Below are positions 60,496-64,000 of a stretch of 64,000 nucleotides of DNA, one piece after another. A program made the translations under genes and the position numbers. The notes under the pieces were generated by a model. The model saw only the letters and a program-made list of their open reading frames with translations. It was not told the origin of the DNA and did no database searches. Numbering within the stretch: the stretch's first letter is position 1; every line of letters begins with the position of its first letter. This stretch comes from Oceanispirochaeta sp. (GTDB lineage Bacteria > Spirochaetota > Spirochaetia > DSM-2461): contig CAXXXD010000003.1 in assembly GCA_963663385.2 (NCBI GenBank), forward strand, positions 1,376,001-1,440,000, written 5' to 3'.

Positions 60496-61418
60496 AGAAA
60501 CAGAAAAAAATACACGAAGTAACATCTTCTGAAAAAGTAAAACCTGGAAAAAGAAGAAAAAATCCCTTTATCCGGTTTATGAATTTCCTTACCTTTCTGA
60601 TAATTATCGGGTTTTCAGGATTTGTGTTCTACCGGGGATGGGTACAGTTTTCCATACCGGAAAATCATTATGCCCTGGCATTTACAAAAACGGGTGGATA
60701 CGATCAAGCCCTTATGAAAGCCGGTGAATTTAACTGGAGGTGGGAAAATTTGTTTCCCACCAATATGACCCTCCATATTTTTGAGCTCCCCTGGTCCGAT
60801 TGCGAAATTGATATTTCAGGAACCCTCCCCTCAGGCAGCCAGTACGCCAGCCTACTGGAGAACAATAATAGTGATGCGTTTCAGTATAGTATGATTATTT
60901 CTCTTTTATACCGTCTTAATCCGGATAATGCTACACAGATGATTAAGGGAGAGGATTTTCAGTTCAGCCAGATTGAAAACTGGTATACCGAATTAAACCA
61001 TGAAATACGTCTGCTGGCAGCCGAAGCAGTTTTCCTCCACCTGTCAGGCAAATCATACACAGACGGCACCAGTATCAGGACCTATATAAAAGAGAAGATT
61101 CTTGAATTTCACCCGGAAGCAGAAATAAAGGATATTCTTGTAAACAGGATGAGCCTGCCTGACAGAAAGCTTTATGAAGAAACCAGAAATATATACCTTG
61201 CGGGGATTCAGGCCAACAGAGCCTATACTTCAGAACTGGAAAAACAGAATGCCGAGCTGGAAAGACAGCTCAGCAGCAAGATAAATCTGCTGGAAGATTA
61301 CGGAGAAGTTCTAACGGAATATCCTGTTCTCCTTCAATACTTCAATCTGGAAAAAGAGAAAATTGACCCGATGATCCTTAACTGGGAAGAATCGCCCGCG
61401 TCAAATCCTGAATCATAA
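60492..61418 (+). CDS. Membrane-anchored hypothetical protein (SPFH-like layout possible)
   Basis: Basic N-terminus, one TM, GW.QF...KTGG.D...GEFNWRWE, C-terminal coiled coil; ATGA-type overlap with the HAD gene. Confidence 0.6.
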   Translation: MKKQKKIHEVTSSEKVKPGKRRKNPFIRFMNFLTFLIIIGFSGFVFYRGWVQFSIPENHYALAFTKTGGYDQALMKAGEFNWRWENLFPTNMTLHIFELPWSDCEIDISGTLPSGSQYASLLENNNSDAFQYSMIISLLYRLNPDNATQMIKGEDFQFSQIENWYTELNHEIRLLAAEAVFLHLSGKSYTDGTSIRTYIKEKILEFHPEAEIKDILVNRMSLPDRKLYEETRNIYLAGIQANRAYTSELEKQNAELERQLSSKINLLEDYGEVLTEYPVLLQYFNLEKEKIDPMILNWEESPASNPES

Positions 61419-62013
61419 GAAGTTCTCCCTTTTCCATTTTTATGGAAAAGGGATTTTTCACAACCCGGTTACTGATCCCGAAGTCCCCCATATGCCATTC
61501 TAGTTCATCAAGCGGCCAATACAGCCCCTCCGATTTCATACGGCAAGTAGAGAAAAGGGGAAACAGAGAAATCTCGTCTCCCTCCAAAGCCTCAAAAAGG
61601 GATTCTCCCTGCACCAGGGAAAACAAGCTGTTATGGGTTAACCAGTAGTCCGGTTTCTGCTTTCTGTGAAATAAGGCGTAAATAGCCAGAAAATGATCAG
61701 CCCGTCCCCCGCCTCCTCCAAGCAGAACAATTGATTCACAACCCTTACTGTAAAGATGCTGAAGCCCCAGCTCCGTATCCGTATAATCTTTCTCAACCGG
61801 ATGCCGTTCAATCATACTTTCGGAATAATCCTTCAGAATGCTTTTATCATCCAGAGAATCCATATCGCCAATTATATAATCGGGATGAATACTGTGAGCC
61901 CGGCAGTAATCCAACCCGGAATCGGCAGCAACAATATAATCTGCCTGAAAGATCAGGGGTTTAACTATGTCATAAGGAGGCTGGTTTCCTCCGGTAATTA
62001 CTATCCCTCTCAA
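61378..62013 (-). CDS. thiN: Thiamine diphosphokinase
   Basis: AADSG, PDYIIGDMDS, EKDYTDTE, GGR.DH, GL.WPL, GISN. Confidence 0.93.
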   Translation of the reverse strand: MRGIVITGGNQPPYDIVKPLIFQADYIVAADSGLDYCRAHSIHPDYIIGDMDSLDDKSILKDYSESMIERHPVEKDYTDTELGLQHLYSKGCESIVLLGGGGGRADHFLAIYALFHRKQKPDYWLTHNSLFSLVQGESLFEALEGDEISLFPLFSTCRMKSEGLYWPLDELEWHMGDFGISNRVVKNPFSIKMEKGELLMIQDLTRAILPS

Positions 62014-62049
62014 AAAAAACTCCTTTTTAAAAAAAACATTATATTTTTC

Positions 62050-62076
62050 TAAAGGATGATTTTCAAGTTCCGAAAA
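62050..62076 (+). promoter_or_regulatory. sigma28 promoter of flaB
   Basis: TAAA-N15-TCCGAAAA upstream of a flagellin gene. Confidence 0.7.
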
Positions 62077-62081
62077 TTTAA

Positions 62082-62129
62082 AAAGCGAATAAGGATGTTT
62101 GCTTTATGAGTTATATCAAGGAGGATATA
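62082..62129 (+). promoter_or_regulatory. Two GGA-loop hairpins (CsrA-type sites) in the flaB leader
   Basis: aaagcgaata-AGGA-tgtttgcttt and tatatc-AAGGAG-gatata; the second loop is the SD. Confidence 0.65.
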
Positions 62130-62133
62130 CACT

Positions 62134-62994
62134 ATGATAATTAATCACAACCTGAGCGCCATGAATACACAGCGCGCATCAAAGATCAACAACTGGGGTT
62201 CTGCCAAGAACATAGCCGCTCTCTCATCTGGAATGAGAATCAATAAAGCCGGAGATGACGCATCCGGTCTGGCTGTTTCCGAGAAAATGCGATCTCAGAT
62301 CAGAGGCTTAAATCAGGCTTCGAGAAATGCGTCTGACGGCATCTCTTTTATCCAGACAGCAGAAGGATTCCTTCAGGAAACGACTGATGTTCTGCAAAGA
62401 CTGAGAGAACTTGCCGTACAGGCTTCCAACGGTATCTATACATCAGAAGACAGAATGCAGATTCAGGTTGAAGTTTCGCAACTGGTGGACGAATTGGACA
62501 GAGTAGCGTCACATGCCCAGTTCAATGGACTCAACATGCTCACGGGCCGTTTTGCTGCTTCCACAGGCGAGAATTCCGTAACAAGCTCCATGTGGCTCCA
62601 TATCGGCGCCAATATGGATCAGAGAGAGCAGGTCTTTATCGGAACCATGACTTCCTCCGCACTGGGTGTCAGGCAGGTAGCAACCGGCAATATCATGTCT
62701 ATTTCGACCCCGGAACAGGCCAACAGAAATATTGGCGTTCTGGATCAGGCTCTTAAAATTGTCAACAAACAGAGGGCTGACCTTGGTGCCTACCAGAACA
62801 GACTGGAAATGGCTGTCAGAGGCATTGACGTGGGCGCTGAAAACCTGCAGGCATCAGAATCCAGAATCAGAGACCTTGATATGGCTAAAGAAACTGTTGA
62901 GTTCACAAAGAACCAGATCCTCGGACAGGCCAGCAATGCCATGCTTGCTCAGGCTAACCAGAGACCGCAGCAGGTCCTTCAGCTTCTGCAGTAG
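62134..62994 (+). CDS. flaB: Periplasmic flagellar filament core protein FlaB
   Basis: [54 protein letters not shown]; 286 aa with no variable domain. Confidence 0.96.
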   Translation: MIINHNLSAMNTQRASKINNWGSAKNIAALSSGMRINKAGDDASGLAVSEKMRSQIRGLNQASRNASDGISFIQTAEGFLQETTDVLQRLRELAVQASNGIYTSEDRMQIQVEVSQLVDELDRVASHAQFNGLNMLTGRFAASTGENSVTSSMWLHIGANMDQREQVFIGTMTSSALGVRQVATGNIMSISTPEQANRNIGVLDQALKIVNKQRADLGAYQNRLEMAVRGIDVGAENLQASESRIRDLDMAKETVEFTKNQILGQASNAMLAQANQRPQQVLQLLQ

Positions 62995-63021
62995 ACCATC
63001 AGATTTATATCCCTTACAATC

Positions 63022-63047
63022 AACCCGGCTAAACAGCCGGGTTTTTT
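63022..63047 (+). terminator. Intrinsic terminator of flaB
   Basis: aacccggct-aaac-agccgggtt followed by a T-run. Confidence 0.85.
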
Positions 63048-63056
63048 CTATTATTA

Positions 63057-63085
63057 TTGACAACAATTCCCATGGAGGGTACCTT
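63057..63085 (+). promoter_or_regulatory. sigma70-type promoter of cca
   Basis: TTGACA-N17-TACCTT, 8 nt before ATG 63094. Confidence 0.55.
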
Positions 63086-63093
63086 CCTTTAAG

Positions 63094-64000
63094 ATGAAAA
63101 TTAAAGTGCCACATGATGTTATATCCATTTCCAGAATACTCACAAATGCCGGATATCAGTGTTACATGGTTGGTGGCGCCGTCCGGGATCAGCTTCTGGG
63201 ACTGCCGGCCAAAGATTACGACCTGTGTACTGATGCCACACCGGAAACGGTTATTTCACTTTTCAGAAAAGTAATCCCTACAGGCATAAAACATGGAACT
63301 GTGACGATTCTCTACAGACAATCGCCCTATGAAATAACGACATTCAGAATTGACGGCGAATACAGCGATGGCAGAAGACCCGATAAAATCCATTATACCA
63401 ATGATCTGCATGAAGACTTGATTCGCCGTGACTTTACTATAAATTCTATAGCCTACGATATCGGTAAAAAAAAGATAATAGATCCCAATGGAGGCCGTAA
63501 GGACTTAAATGATAAATTCATAAGGGCAATTGGCAAACCTGAAGAGCGGTTTAACGAAGATGGTTTGCGTTCAATCAGAGCCTGCCGTTTCGCCTCTCAA
63601 CTGAATTTCAGAGTACTCCCTGAAACCATTGCTGGAATAAAACACTGCCTTCACAATATCCCCGAGCTATCCAGAGAACGGATCTACGATGAGTTTATAA
63701 AAATAATGCAGAGTGATAAACCTTCCATTTCTTTTGATCTCTTCAGAGAAACAGGAATCCTCCCGCTTATTTTCCCGGAGCTTGATAGATGCATTGGAGT
63801 GGATCAGAAGGGGAATCACGATTACGACGTCTACACTCACCTCCTTAAGAGCTGTGACAGCGCCCGCAAGAACAATATAGACGTTAGAATAGCGGCCCTG
63901 TTCCACGACATTGGCAAACCGAAGGCTAAAGCGTTTGATCAGGATGGTATTGCAACCTTTTATCACCATGAAACGGTTTCTGCAAGGATTGCCGAAAAGA
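63094..64000 (+). CDS. cca: CCA tRNA nucleotidyltransferase with an HD domain, 3'-truncated by the window edge and absent from the ORF track
   Basis: MKIKVP...VGGAVRD.LLG...KDYD..TDA.P, TGIKHGTVT, EITTFR, DLIRRDFTIN, RFNEDGLR.IR..RF, ALFHDIGKP. Confidence 0.92.
   Translation, partial: MKIKVPHDVISISRILTNAGYQCYMVGGAVRDQLLGLPAKDYDLCTDATPETVISLFRKVIPTGIKHGTVTILYRQSPYEITTFRIDGEYSDGRRPDKIHYTNDLHEDLIRRDFTINSIAYDIGKKKIIDPNGGRKDLNDKFIRAIGKPEERFNEDGLRSIRACRFASQLNFRVLPETIAGIKHCLHNIPELSRERIYDEFIKIMQSDKPSISFDLFRETGILPLIFPELDRCIGVDQKGNHDYDVYTHLLKSCDSARKNNIDVRIAALFHDIGKPKAKAFDQDGIATFYHHETVSARIAEK

Noticed and set aside
61378..61418. Convergent 3' overlap between thiN and the upstream membrane protein gene as antisense regulation
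   Set aside because: Short convergent overlaps are common in compact genomes, and nothing further suggests a function.

Overview
Mostly core chromosome from a free-living spirochete, probably Spirochaetaceae. That assignment rests on the FlaB-type flagellin, the long TPR-extended GreA, a group-X PFK and the gene orders. The window holds the end of a liv ABC operon, cls, rnz, pfk, greA, rpe, a recA-folK-scpAB-rluB-cmk-rpsA run continuing into a GAF/sigma54 activator and a CHASE2 adenylate cyclase, mazG, mreBCD-mrdA-rodA plus a radical SAM gene, rnpB, mltG-dnaG-rpoD, tRNA Tyr-Thr-Tyr, aroH, thiN, flaB and a truncated CCA-adding enzyme gene. I saw no prophage, IS, CRISPR or defence system. The most interesting items are: (1) a tightly coupled four-gene operon behind a sigma28-like promoter, encoding a 945-aa acidic scaffold-like protein with a 21-bp tandem repeat, a GAF-like protein and two Maf/DUF115 proteins; (2) an operon of a catalytically degenerate M20 peptidase, GpgS and an orphan ABC ATPase; (3) a radical SAM gene remnant and a 58-aa ORF, both missing from the ORF track; (4) a recurring leaderless-promoter layout; (5) two CsrA-type GGA hairpins in the flaB leader. 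All calls come from motif recognition by eye, and no searches were run.
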